Part shown: positions 26,266-34,218 of the stretch, piece by piece
Layout of the letters: each line of letters begins with the position of its first letter
Position numbering within the stretch: position 1 is the first letter of the stretch
NCBI GenBank assembly: GCA_035569855.1
Contig: DATMMH010000223.1
Coordinates: 1 to 63,949 of the forward strand
Origin: Candidatus Dormiibacterota bacterium
GTDB lineage: Bacteria; Methylomirabilota; Methylomirabilia; Rokubacteriales; CSP1-6
Direction of reading: 5' to 3'
DNA: 63,949 bases
Translations under genes and position numbers: made by a program
Notes under the pieces: generated by a model
The model's database searches: none
What the model was told of the DNA's origin: nothing
Seen by the model: only the letters and a program-made list of their open reading frames with translations

Positions 26266-26704
26266 GACACGCACGGTCGTTCGCGGTCTGCTCATCGTCC
26301 TGGTCCTCTCGCTGGTCGGGTTCGTGGGCTTTCACGCGGCGCGCTTCGCGCGCTCCTGCGTCACCCTCGACGGCGCTCGCGAGGCCATCGAGGCCCACGT
26401 CAAGCATCGGCAGGTGCGCCGGATGGCGCGCGTCATGAAGGCGGCCGACCAGCAGGTACTGGCCGCTCGAACGGTGGTGCACGTGACCACGCTCTCCTGC
26501 GGGCCGAGCCTGCTCGGAGGCATGACCTGCCGCGCTCACTACGTGGTCAACGGTCAGAGCGCGGGGATGGAGAGCACCGACCACTACTTCCGATTGGCGT
26601 ACTCGCTGCTGGCGGGCTGGCAGGTGACGAGCGTCACCGAGACGTCGGGACTGCGCTACTCGCTGGCGCCCTGCCGCTGCTCGCTGGTCGCCGACGCGCG
26701 GTAA
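26258..26704 (+). CDS. small N-terminally membrane-anchored hypothetical protein
   Basis: TTG 26258 lies 6 nt after GGAGG (26247-26251) and overlaps the upstream TAA by 8 nt. The TM helix is GLLIVLVLSLVGFVGF. About 148 aa. Confidence 0.55.
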   Translation: MAKTRTVVRGLLIVLVLSLVGFVGFHAARFARSCVTLDGAREAIEAHVKHRQVRRMARVMKAADQQVLAARTVVHVTTLSCGPSLLGGMTCRAHYVVNGQSAGMESTDHYFRLAYSLLAGWQVTSVTETSGLRYSLAPCRCSLVADAR

Positions 26705-27303
26705 CCGTGGCGGGCCGCCGGCCGCGGCCGCCGGTGGCGATGGCCGTCTCGGCGGCCCGGCATCCAGGCCTCCGGCTTGCGCCCGCCGTCGGCGGGCTCG
26801 GGGCGTGAGCCCAGGATCGGGAAAACCCGGGTGACGAGATCTTCGTACTCCTCCACTGTCTTCCGGTAGATGTCGAGCCCGGCCACCAGGTGGAGATCGA
26901 GCGAGGCCGGAAACCCAGCGTCCGCCCGGGCCGAGACGTGCACCGCCTGGAAGCACGAGCGCCCCGTCGCAGGCCGGTCGGTCACGATGATCTCGTAGAG
27001 CTCGGGCCACTGGTGGGCGATCTCCGGCGACCGCGAAAGCGAGTCGCGTCGGAGATAGTCCTCGAGATCGGCGCGGTACTTCACCTCCACCGCGAGCAGC
27101 CGATACGAGTGGTGACCGAGGCTCGGCTCGTCCAGCGCCCGCCACACCACGAAGTCGGGCATGAACTCGGCCCGGCCCGTCCGCACGAGGGCCGAGATCT
27201 GGCTCTCCCGCCCCACCCGGGCTACGGTGTAGCCCGCGCGCTTGAAGATGCCTTCGACCAGCGCCTCGGCCATGCGGCCCTTCAGGAGGTTGATCTGATC
27301 CAT
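26656..27303 (-). CDS. PD-(D/E)xK nuclease-fold protein (restriction endonuclease/Hjc-like)
   Basis: GRMAEALVEGIFKRAGYTV...MPDFVVW...LLAVEVKYR matches the E / PD / ExK core order. The C-terminal 40 aa are Arg-rich and overlap the convergent gene by 49 nt. Confidence 0.6.
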   Translation of the reverse strand: MDQINLLKGRMAEALVEGIFKRAGYTVARVGRESQISALVRTGRAEFMPDFVVWRALDEPSLGHHSYRLLAVEVKYRADLEDYLRRDSLSRSPEIAHQWPELYEIIVTDRPATGRSCFQAVHVSARADAGFPASLDLHLVAGLDIYRKTVEEYEDLVTRVFPILGSRPEPADGGRKPEAWMPGRRDGHRHRRPRPAARHGYRASATSEQRQGASE

Positions 27304-27306
27304 GGC

Positions 27307-27723
27307 TCAGCGCTGCGAATCGGAGATCTTGACCGAGAGCGCGCGAAGCCGCTCCAGGGTCTCGGGTCGTAGCATCGCGGCGAAGCCGGCCGGATCCGAC
27401 TTGGCCCGATCGAGGGCCTCGCTCATGAGCTTCGGATCGCCCCCCGAATTCCGCACCAGGTCCGCGAACACCTCGGCCGCGAGCCCGTAAACCTCCGGGG
27501 CGAGCTGGGCGCCCGCCATACCCTGCACCTGGCGGTCGATCTCGGAGGCGGCCGGGCTGGTGGCGATCACCTGGCCCCGCATCGCGGGATCGGCCAGCAT
27601 CTTGAGCGTCGCGGCCAGAGCCTCGGCGGAGGCCGGGTCGAGCGTCTGGGGATGGAGCGGAGTCGCGGTGAGCGTCAGGAGGAGGATCGAAGCGAGCCAG
27701 GCCGTCGCGAGCTTGGTGATCAT
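27307..27723 (-). CDS. exported helical hypothetical protein
   Basis: ATG 27723 gives signal peptide MITKLATAWLASILLLTLTATPLHP. The stop lies 3 nt before the ATG of the nuclease-fold gene. Confidence 0.6.
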   Translation of the reverse strand: MITKLATAWLASILLLTLTATPLHPQTLDPASAEALAATLKMLADPAMRGQVIATSPAASEIDRQVQGMAGAQLAPEVYGLAAEVFADLVRNSGGDPKLMSEALDRAKSDPAGFAAMLRPETLERLRALSVKISDSQR

Positions 27724-27825
27724 GACGCCGAAACCAGCAAGAGTCGGACCACCGCGGAGCGCTCCCTGCACGTAGAGAAAATCCGCACTTGGCAACGCGC
27801 CGCGCCGGCCGGTTGACACCCCGCT

Positions 27826-27840
27826 TGACATCCGATGTCA
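27826..27840. promoter_or_regulatory. 15-nt palindrome TGACAT-ccg-ATGTCA in a divergent promoter region
   Basis: Perfect 6-bp arms. It is preceded by a direct TTGACA...TTGACA repeat (27813-27818 and 27825-27830). Confidence 0.3.
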
Positions 27841-27866
27841 GACCGCTCACCGGGAGTGGACACGGC

Positions 27867-27895
27867 TTGACCGCCCGCTCCCTCGGGAGAATAAT
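27867..27895 (+). promoter_or_regulatory. sigma70-type promoter candidate for the RidA gene
   Basis: TTGACC (27867-27872), a 17-nt spacer, then AATAAT (27890-27895). GAGGAGAGGA precedes ATG 27948. Confidence 0.4.
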
Positions 27896-27947
27896 CGCCG
27901 GGCGACCCCACCCCTTCCGTCACCTCGTCGAGAGAGAGGAGAGGACG

Positions 27948-28418
27948 ATGGCCACGACCGCTCACCGGGAAGAGATCTGGGTGCCGGGCATGCCCGAGCC
28001 CATCAGTCACTTCGTCCACGTGGTCCGCGCCGGACGGCTGGTCTTCGTCTCCGGCTGCGTGGCCAGCGATGACCACGGGCGCACCGTGGGCGGCAACGAC
28101 ATCGTCGCCCAGACCCGCCAGGTCCATGAGAACATCAAGCGCTGCCTGGCCGCGGCCGGCGCGACCTTCGCCGATGTCTGCAAGGTGACCGTCTACCTCA
28201 AGAACGTGGCGCACCGCGAAGCGGTCAACACGGTCCGGAAAGAGTACTTCGGGGCGAGCCGGCCCGCCAGCACCCTGATCGAGATCTCCCAGTTCGTCCG
28301 GCCGGACCTGCTCATCGAGGTCGAGGCGGTGGCGGTGCTGCCGGAGCGGAAGAGCGCGAAGCCGCGCCGGCCGGCGCGGGCGGGCCGAGCCCCCGCACGG
28401 AAGGCGCGCCGCCGCTGA
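27948..28418 (+). CDS. RidA/YjgF/UK114-family protein with polybasic C-terminal tail
   Basis: VRAGRLVFVSG...DIVAQTRQVHENIKRCL...VTVYL...IEVEAVA is typical of RidA. ATG 27948 lies within the longer ORF 27789..28418. Confidence 0.8.
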   Translation: MATTAHREEIWVPGMPEPISHFVHVVRAGRLVFVSGCVASDDHGRTVGGNDIVAQTRQVHENIKRCLAAAGATFADVCKVTVYLKNVAHREAVNTVRKEYFGASRPASTLIEISQFVRPDLLIEVEAVAVLPERKSAKPRRPARAGRAPARKARRR

Positions 28419-28431
28419 GGCGAGGCGGGCC

Positions 28432-29292
28432 TCAGCCCTTGACCGCACCCGCCGACAGCCCCTGGATCAGGTGGCGCTGGAGGTAGGTGAAGAGGATCGC
28501 CACCGGGATCGTGCTGATGATGACCCCAGCCGAGAGCTGCCCCCACTGGATCTCGTACTGGCCAACCATGAACAGCAACCCGGCCGAAAGCGTACGCATC
28601 TCGGTCTGCGACGTGAACGTGATCGCGAAGAGGAGCTCGCTCCACGAGGCCACGAAGGCGAAGATCGCGGTCGCGGCCACCCCGGGAGCGGCCAGGGGCA
28701 GGACGATGCGACAGAGGGCGCCGAAGTTCGTGCAGCCGTCGAGCATGGCGCTCTCCTCCAGCTCGCGGGGGATGGATTCGAAGTAGCCCACCAGCATCCA
28801 GACCGTGAACGGGACCGTGAAGGAGAGGTTGGAGTAGATCAGCACCTGGTAGGTGTCGATCAGGCCGAGCGCGTACCATTGCGAGAGCAGCGGGGCGATG
28901 AGCAACACCGCCGGGAACATCTGGGTGGCCAGGAAGACGAGCAAGAAGGTCTGGCGACCGGCAAAGCGGAAGCGGGCCAGCGCGTAGCCGGCGAGGATGG
29001 AGATCAGTGTGGTCACCACCATGGTCACCGACGAGACCCACAGGCTATTGGCGAAGAAGCGGCTGAACGGGGTCAGCCGCGAGGTCCACGCTTCGACGTA
29101 GTTGGCCAGGCTCAGGGTGGCGGGCAGGTAGACGATGGGGGTAGCGTAGAGCTCGGCCCGGGTCTTGAACGAGGCCAGCAGCACCCACACGAACGGCGCG
29201 ACCGCGAAGAGCGACAGCGCGACGAGTCCGATCCAGAGCACGGGCCCCCCCAGCACGCGCTCCACCAGGCCGCTCCCAGGCGTCCGCCTCAT
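28432..29292 (-). CDS. carbohydrate ABC transporter permease
   Basis: EAA-loop ESAMLDGCTNFGALCRIVLPLAAPG and 6 predicted TM helices. ATG 29292 overlaps the upstream stop (ATGA type). The listed ORF 28432..30141 is a read-through artefact. Confidence 0.9.
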   Translation of the reverse strand: MRRTPGSGLVERVLGGPVLWIGLVALSLFAVAPFVWVLLASFKTRAELYATPIVYLPATLSLANYVEAWTSRLTPFSRFFANSLWVSSVTMVVTTLISILAGYALARFRFAGRQTFLLVFLATQMFPAVLLIAPLLSQWYALGLIDTYQVLIYSNLSFTVPFTVWMLVGYFESIPRELEESAMLDGCTNFGALCRIVLPLAAPGVAATAIFAFVASWSELLFAITFTSQTEMRTLSAGLLFMVGQYEIQWGQLSAGVIISTIPVAILFTYLQRHLIQGLSAGAVKG

Positions 29293-30221
29293 GCCACGCC
29301 CTCGAGCCCGCGGGTGAGCCGCAGGTAGAGCACCGTGAACGCCAGCATGATCAAGAGGAGCGTCACCGAAAGGGTCGCCGCATAGCCGAAGTCGAGATTC
29401 GAGTAGGCCTGGAGCAGCGTGTACGTCGAGGTGATCTGGGTGGCGTTGGCGGGCCCGCCGCTGGTCATGACAAAGATGAGATCGGCGTAGTTGAACGTCC
29501 ACACGACGCGGGTGGCGGTGGCCACCACGATGATCGGCTTGAGCATCGGCAGCGTGATGCAGCGGAAACGCTGGAGCACGGAGGCGCCGTCCACCCGCGC
29601 GGCCTCGTACAGCTCGCCCGGGATCGCCTGCAGCCCGGCGAGCAGCATGATGGCGAAGAACGGCACGCCGCGCCAGATGTTGGCAAGGATCACCGCGGGC
29701 ATCGCGAGGCTCGGATTGGCCAGCCACGCGATCCGCTCCGTCATCAGGCCCGCCCGGCTCAGGATGTCGTTCAGCAGCCCGTAGTTGGGCTGGTAGATGA
29801 ACTCCCAGATCAGCGCCACCACCACCCCCGGAATGATCCAGGGCAGCAGCGTGAGGGTCCGGACCACCACGCGCGCCCGGAACGGCTGATGGAGCAGCAG
29901 CGCGGCCGCGAACCCGCCGAGGAACTGGAACGTCACCGAGCCGAACACCCATACGAAGGAGTTCCACAGGCTGAGCCAGAAGACCTCGTCGTGGAGCAGG
30001 CGCGCGTAGTTGGCGAGCCCCACGTAGCCGTATTCCTGGGGCTTGATCAGCACGTGGTTGTAGAGGCTCATCTGCATGGCCTTGAGGATCGGGAACAGTA
30101 CCGTGCAGCCGAGCGCGAGGATGACCGGGATCAGGTAGCAATAGCCGGTCAGGAGCTCCCGGGCGTGCCGCGAGAGGAGCGGGCGCACGACCGGAGCGGC
30201 GAGGGTGGCTTCGCGGGCCAT
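29289..30221 (-). CDS. carbohydrate ABC transporter permease
   Basis: EAA-loop EAARVDGASVLQRFRCITLPMLKP with MalF/UgpA-like topology. Confidence 0.9.
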   Translation of the reverse strand: MAREATLAAPVVRPLLSRHARELLTGYCYLIPVILALGCTVLFPILKAMQMSLYNHVLIKPQEYGYVGLANYARLLHDEVFWLSLWNSFVWVFGSVTFQFLGGFAAALLLHQPFRARVVVRTLTLLPWIIPGVVVALIWEFIYQPNYGLLNDILSRAGLMTERIAWLANPSLAMPAVILANIWRGVPFFAIMLLAGLQAIPGELYEAARVDGASVLQRFRCITLPMLKPIIVVATATRVVWTFNYADLIFVMTSGGPANATQITSTYTLLQAYSNLDFGYAATLSVTLLLIMLAFTVLYLRLTRGLEGVA

Positions 30222-30228
30222 CGCGCGC

Positions 30229-31533
30229 TCAGGACATATTCTTGGTCAGGACCTCGGCGAACTTGTCGAGGAAATCCTTCGACGAGAGCTTGCCCACCAG
30301 GGCCTGCTGGAAGAGCGGCACGCCCTCGGAATCGATCTTGCCGCCCCAACCCGCGTAGGCCAGGTAGGGACTCACGATCGAGAACGGGAAGGACTTGATG
30401 AAGCCCTGGTACGCGGGGTCCTTCATGAACTCGGGCCGCTCGAACAGTGTCTTGCGGGAGGGCAGCAGCCCGAGCCCCTTCGTGTACATGAGATTGGGCT
30501 CGTCCTCCATCAGCCAGGTCATGAAGCTCCAGGCGCCGTCTCGATTCTTTCCCTTGTTGAAGGCGGTCAGGGTCTCGGAGAAGTAGAACGACGTGCGCTT
30601 CTTGGCGGGACCGACGGGCAACGGCACCGTGGAGAAGTTCTGCTCGCCCACGAATCCCTTCTGCTCCTCCGCCGATCCCGAGTTGTGGATGTAGGTGTTG
30701 GTGATCCCGCGGCCGAAGCCCTCGACGATCCCGCGCCAGCCGTCGGTGGGCACCGAGGGGGGACAGACCTTGTGCTTGCGGAAGAGGTCGAGATACCAGT
30801 CGAGCGCCTCCGCGGCCTCTCGGGAGTTGATGGCCACCTTGCCGTCCTTCAGTACCTGAGCCCCGTTGGCATACATGAACTCGGTGGCGTAGAGCACCGC
30901 CCAGGTCCCCTGCCCGCGCATGCCGAAGCCGTACTGGTTCTTGTCCGTCTTCGTGAACGCCTTGGCGAAGGCGAGGAACTGGTCGAAGCCCCAGTCGTCC
31001 TTCGGGGCCGCGATCCCGTACTCCTTCATGCGATCGGTGCGGTAGTAGAGCGCGTCGTTGGTGACCACCCAGGGGAACGACGCGATCTTGTTCTTGACGG
31101 TGACGGTCTGCCACGCGAGTGGCAGCACGTCCTTATAGTGCTTCCAGTCCTTGGCCCTCGAGGTCAGGTCCTCGAGCGCCCCCATTCCCTCGAACTCCCC
31201 CACCCAGTTGTCCCAGACCTGGCAGCAGTCCGGTGGGCTACCCGCGGCCACCGAAGTGATCAGCTTCTGACGGGCCTGAGCCTGCGGCACGAACTCGACC
31301 TTCACCTCGAAGTCTTTCTGGGTCTGGTTGAAGCGCTGCACCAGCGAGTCGACCAGCGCGTTGCGCTTGGGCTCGGGCACGCTGAACTGGAAGCGGACGG
31401 GCGCGGCGCCCCACGCGCGCCGAGGCCGCAGCAGCGGCTCCTCCCACCACTTGAGCTCGGCCGCGGTGAAGGCTCCCGCGGCCGCCATGGTCCGCAGCAA
31501 GGTGCGACGGGACAGAAGCCGGCGTTCGTCCAT
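30229..31533 (-). CDS. ABC transporter extracellular solute-binding protein (family 1), Tat signal
   Basis: N-terminal MDERRLLSRRTLLRTMAAAGAFTAA contains the twin-arginine motif. 434 aa. First gene of the permease operon. Confidence 0.85.
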   Translation of the reverse strand: MDERRLLSRRTLLRTMAAAGAFTAAELKWWEEPLLRPRRAWGAAPVRFQFSVPEPKRNALVDSLVQRFNQTQKDFEVKVEFVPQAQARQKLITSVAAGSPPDCCQVWDNWVGEFEGMGALEDLTSRAKDWKHYKDVLPLAWQTVTVKNKIASFPWVVTNDALYYRTDRMKEYGIAAPKDDWGFDQFLAFAKAFTKTDKNQYGFGMRGQGTWAVLYATEFMYANGAQVLKDGKVAINSREAAEALDWYLDLFRKHKVCPPSVPTDGWRGIVEGFGRGITNTYIHNSGSAEEQKGFVGEQNFSTVPLPVGPAKKRTSFYFSETLTAFNKGKNRDGAWSFMTWLMEDEPNLMYTKGLGLLPSRKTLFERPEFMKDPAYQGFIKSFPFSIVSPYLAYAGWGGKIDSEGVPLFQQALVGKLSSKDFLDKFAEVLTKNMS

Positions 31534-31653
31534 GACGCGTCTCCCTTCATCGGTGAAAGGTCGGAGCTAGACGGTAGCGGATGGACCGCTCCCGAGGCAA
31601 GTCCCGATCACTGGCGCGGGATACTCGGCTTTCGAGAGGTTGTCAATCACGCG

Positions 31654-31683
31654 TTGACACTCCGGGGACGTGCCCGGTAGCAT
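31654..31683 (+). promoter_or_regulatory. sigma70-type promoter candidate; very short or absent leader
   Basis: TTGACA (31654-31659), an 18-nt spacer, then TAGCAT (31678-31683). The ATG at 31694 lies only 10 nt after the -10. TGTCAA at 31641-31646 is an inverted copy and a possible -35 for the divergent ABC operon. Confidence 0.35.
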
Positions 31684-31693
31684 CCGGCCCACG

Positions 31694-32107
31694 ATGACGG
31701 CGACGCTCCGCATCCGCCTGGGGTCGCTCGCGTTCACCGCGCGCTGGGAGGAGGCCGCCGCGCCGCGCACGTGCGCGGCCTTCCGCTCGCTCCTGCCGTA
31801 TCGTGAGCGCATCATCCAGGCCCGCTGGAGCGGCGAGGCCGGCTGGATCCCGCTCGGCGACTTCGATCTCGGCGTCACCCCCGAGAACTCCACCGGCGAG
31901 CCCGCGCCCGGCGCGATCCTGTTCTATCCGGCGGGAATCAGCGAGACCGAAATCCTCTTCCCGTACGGCCCCGCACGCTTCGCGAGCAAGATGGGCCCGC
32001 TCGCGGGCAACCACTTCCTCACGATCGTGGACGGCCGCGACCGGCTTCCGGAGGTGGGGCGGCTGCTCTGCTGGGAAGGCGCGCAGGACATCCTCTTCGA
32101 GGCGTAG
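31694..32107 (+). CDS. DUF3830-family (cyclophilin-like fold) protein
   Basis: MTATLRIRLGSLAFTARWEEAAAPRTCAAFRSLLP resembles the family's N-terminus as I remember it. 137 aa. Confidence 0.6.
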   Translation: MTATLRIRLGSLAFTARWEEAAAPRTCAAFRSLLPYRERIIQARWSGEAGWIPLGDFDLGVTPENSTGEPAPGAILFYPAGISETEILFPYGPARFASKMGPLAGNHFLTIVDGRDRLPEVGRLLCWEGAQDILFEA

Positions 32108-32128
32108 CCGCGCGGCGCGTCGGAAGGA

Positions 32129-33865
32129 TCAGTTGGCGCGTGGACGGGCCGCCGCAGCACCGGGCTTCTCCGGCGTCGGCTTCCAGGCCGCCACCATCCG
32201 ATCGGCGCGGGTCGCCTGGTCGTCAGACAGCGTGTTCCTGATCGCATCGCGCGCCTGACGCGCGGTGTCCGCCTCCTGGCCGAGCAGCCCCTGGGCGGCC
32301 AGGCTGAACCACATGTAGGCGAGCACCGGGTCGCGCTCCACGCCCTGGCCGTTGGCGTACCGCACGCCCAGATTGAACTGGGCGAAGGCCACGCCCTGCT
32401 GGGCGGCGCGGCGATACCAGTTCACCGCCTCCGCGAAATCCTTCGTGACTCCGTCGCCGTTGGTGTAGCGGAGGCCGAGCTGATACTGCGCGGGCGCCAG
32501 CCCCTGCTCGGCGGCGCGCCGATACCACCGCACCGCCTCCTCGGCGTCCTGGGGCACGCCCTCCCCGTTGGCGTAGCGAAGGGCGAGCTGATACTGGGCC
32601 CCCGCGGAGCCGCGCTCGGCCGCGCGTCGCAGCGGCGGGACCTCCCGGGCCGCGTTGCCGACGCTCTCGGCCGGCGCGCTCGGCAATTCGCGCGGGCCGA
32701 CGCGGACCTCGGGTGGAACGACGGGGGCGCCGCCAGTACCGGCTGGCGGCGGACTGCCGCTCGCCGCGGAGGTGCTCGTGGACTCGGGCGCCTTGGCAAT
32801 GGCCGGCGGCGGCTCGGCGACCGGCGGGGCCGCTTGCCCTACCGGCTCGGGCGGCCTCGTTGGCTCCTCCGGAGCGCGGCCGCGCCCGGCGGCATCACTC
32901 GCTGCACTCTGGCGTGAGCTGTCAGGAGTGACGGGCGGGGCGACAACAGCGACCGGCGAGGCGACGGCAGCCTCTGGTGGGACGACCGCAGCGGTCGGCG
33001 GGGCGACGGGAGCTACCGGCGCGATCTCGGCGACCGGGGACGCGTCGCTCGCGGACTCTGGCGACTTTGTGACGGGCTCGCTGGGCTTCACCTCTGGTGC
33101 CGCCGCGACCGGTGGTACCGGCGCAACCGGCTCGCTGGTGTCGGCCTCCGGCACCGCCGCAACCCGCTGGCTCGTGTCGAGGTCCGGCGCAGTCGTGGCG
33201 GGTACGGGCGGCGCTTTCACGGGCTCGGGTTCAGACGCCGGAGCCGCGGGCGCCGGAGCTTTGGCAACGGGCTCCGGCGAGGCTGCGGGAGGCGTCGACG
33301 CTTCGGATCGCTCCGTCGGGGCGGGTGTCGGCGACGGGGGCGGCGCCACGAGGGCCGCCGGGGGCGGGCTCGGAGCGGGTTCGGGTGCCTGCTCGGCGGC
33401 CGGTGGGGCCGCGCTCAGGGCAGCGAGCCGCCCCTCGCGGCGCATCTGATCGAGCGCGACCTGTGCGGCCCGATTACCTTGCGATGCCGCGCGCTCGTAC
33501 CACATCGCGGCCTGCCGATCATCGCGCGCGACACCCCGGCCATAGGCGTAGAGAAAGCCCAGACGGAACTGCGCGTGCACGTCGCCCTGCCGCGCGGCGC
33601 GCCGGTACCAGGCGATCGCCTCGGTGGCATCCGGGGGCACGCCTTGCCCGCGCTCGTGCATGAAGCCCACGAGGAACTGCGCGGCGGAGTTCCCGCCGTC
33701 GGCGAGCGGCCGCCACTCGCGGTAGGCCGTGGCATAGTCGGCCGTGTCGTAGGCGCGCCGGCCGTCTTCGAAATCGGCCCAGGCGGGAATCGTCGGGAGC
33801 AGGCATGCCAGCGCCAGCAGCGCGGCGCCGGAGGACAGAACGGGGCGGGGGCGCATCCCCTTCAT
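32129..33865 (-). CDS. Sel1-repeat protein with long Pro/Ala-rich central linker
   Basis: It has a signal peptide. Sel1 repeats occur at both ends (AQFLVGFMHERGQGVPPDATEAIAWYRRAARQG..., AQYQLALRYANGEGVPQDAEEAVRWYRRAAEQG...). The central linker is about 260 aa of low-complexity sequence. Confidence 0.85.
   Translation of the reverse strand: MKGMRPRPVLSSGAALLALACLLPTIPAWADFEDGRRAYDTADYATAYREWRPLADGGNSAAQFLVGFMHERGQGVPPDATEAIAWYRRAARQGDVHAQFRLGFLYAYGRGVARDDRQAAMWYERAASQGNRAAQVALDQMRREGRLAALSAAPPAAEQAPEPAPSPPPAALVAPPPSPTPAPTERSEASTPPAASPEPVAKAPAPAAPASEPEPVKAPPVPATTAPDLDTSQRVAAVPEADTSEPVAPVPPVAAAPEVKPSEPVTKSPESASDASPVAEIAPVAPVAPPTAAVVPPEAAVASPVAVVAPPVTPDSSRQSAASDAAGRGRAPEEPTRPPEPVGQAAPPVAEPPPAIAKAPESTSTSAASGSPPPAGTGGAPVVPPEVRVGPRELPSAPAESVGNAAREVPPLRRAAERGSAGAQYQLALRYANGEGVPQDAEEAVRWYRRAAEQGLAPAQYQLGLRYTNGDGVTKDFAEAVNWYRRAAQQGVAFAQFNLGVRYANGQGVERDPVLAYMWFSLAAQGLLGQEADTARQARDAIRNTLSDDQATRADRMVAAWKPTPEKPGAAAARPRAN
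32636..33415 (-). repeat. low-complexity Pro/Ala/Val/Glu/Ser-rich coding region
   Basis: Residues ~151-410 of the Sel1 protein (APEPAPSPPPAALVAPPPSPTPAP..., IAPVAPVAPPTAAVVPPEAAVASPVAVVAPPV...). Confidence 0.7.
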
Positions 33866-33919
33866 CCCCGGCGGGGGATGCGCGCCGTGATCAGTCGGTG
33901 GCTTTCGGCGGGCCGAAGC

Positions 33920-34201
33920 CTACCGCCAACGGATCTGGGTCTTGATCTTGGGATACTCCGGCTCACGGCCTTCGACGTCCACGATGCGCAGCATGCCGTC
34001 GCTGCTCTCGAGCAGCAGATTGTTGTTCGAGAAGCCCACCAGCTTGCCCCAAGCCTTCGGGATGCTGACCTCGTACTTCGCCGGCGTCTCGGCCACCGCG
34101 ACGGTGGGACGGAGCTGCGCGAGCCACAGGTTGGCGGCGATCGCCATGAGGGCCACTGCGATCACGGTGAACACACTCTTGACGTAACGGTCGGTGAGCA
34201 T
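33920..34201 (-). CDS. small membrane-anchored hypothetical protein
   Basis: 93 aa with the TM helix VFTVIAVALMAIAANLWLA, followed by a beta-rich domain. Confidence 0.55.
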   Translation of the reverse strand: MLTDRYVKSVFTVIAVALMAIAANLWLAQLRPTVAVAETPAKYEVSIPKAWGKLVGFSNNNLLLESSDGMLRIVDVEGREPEYPKIKTQIRWR

Positions 34202-34218
34202 CGTCGTCGTCCCTCCGG

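Noticed and set aside
28344-28418. 25-aa polybasic tail (PERKSAKPRRPARAGRAPARKARRR) on the RidA protein
   Set aside because: It could be a genuine extension. It is equally consistent with simple run-on past the conserved domain until the first stop in GC-rich sequence. This cannot be judged without orthologs.
28432-30141. 569-aa ORF suggesting one long permease
   Set aside because: The N-terminal half is an out-of-frame read through the second permease gene. Two separate permease genes (28432..29292 and 29289..30221), each with its own EAA loop, explain the region.
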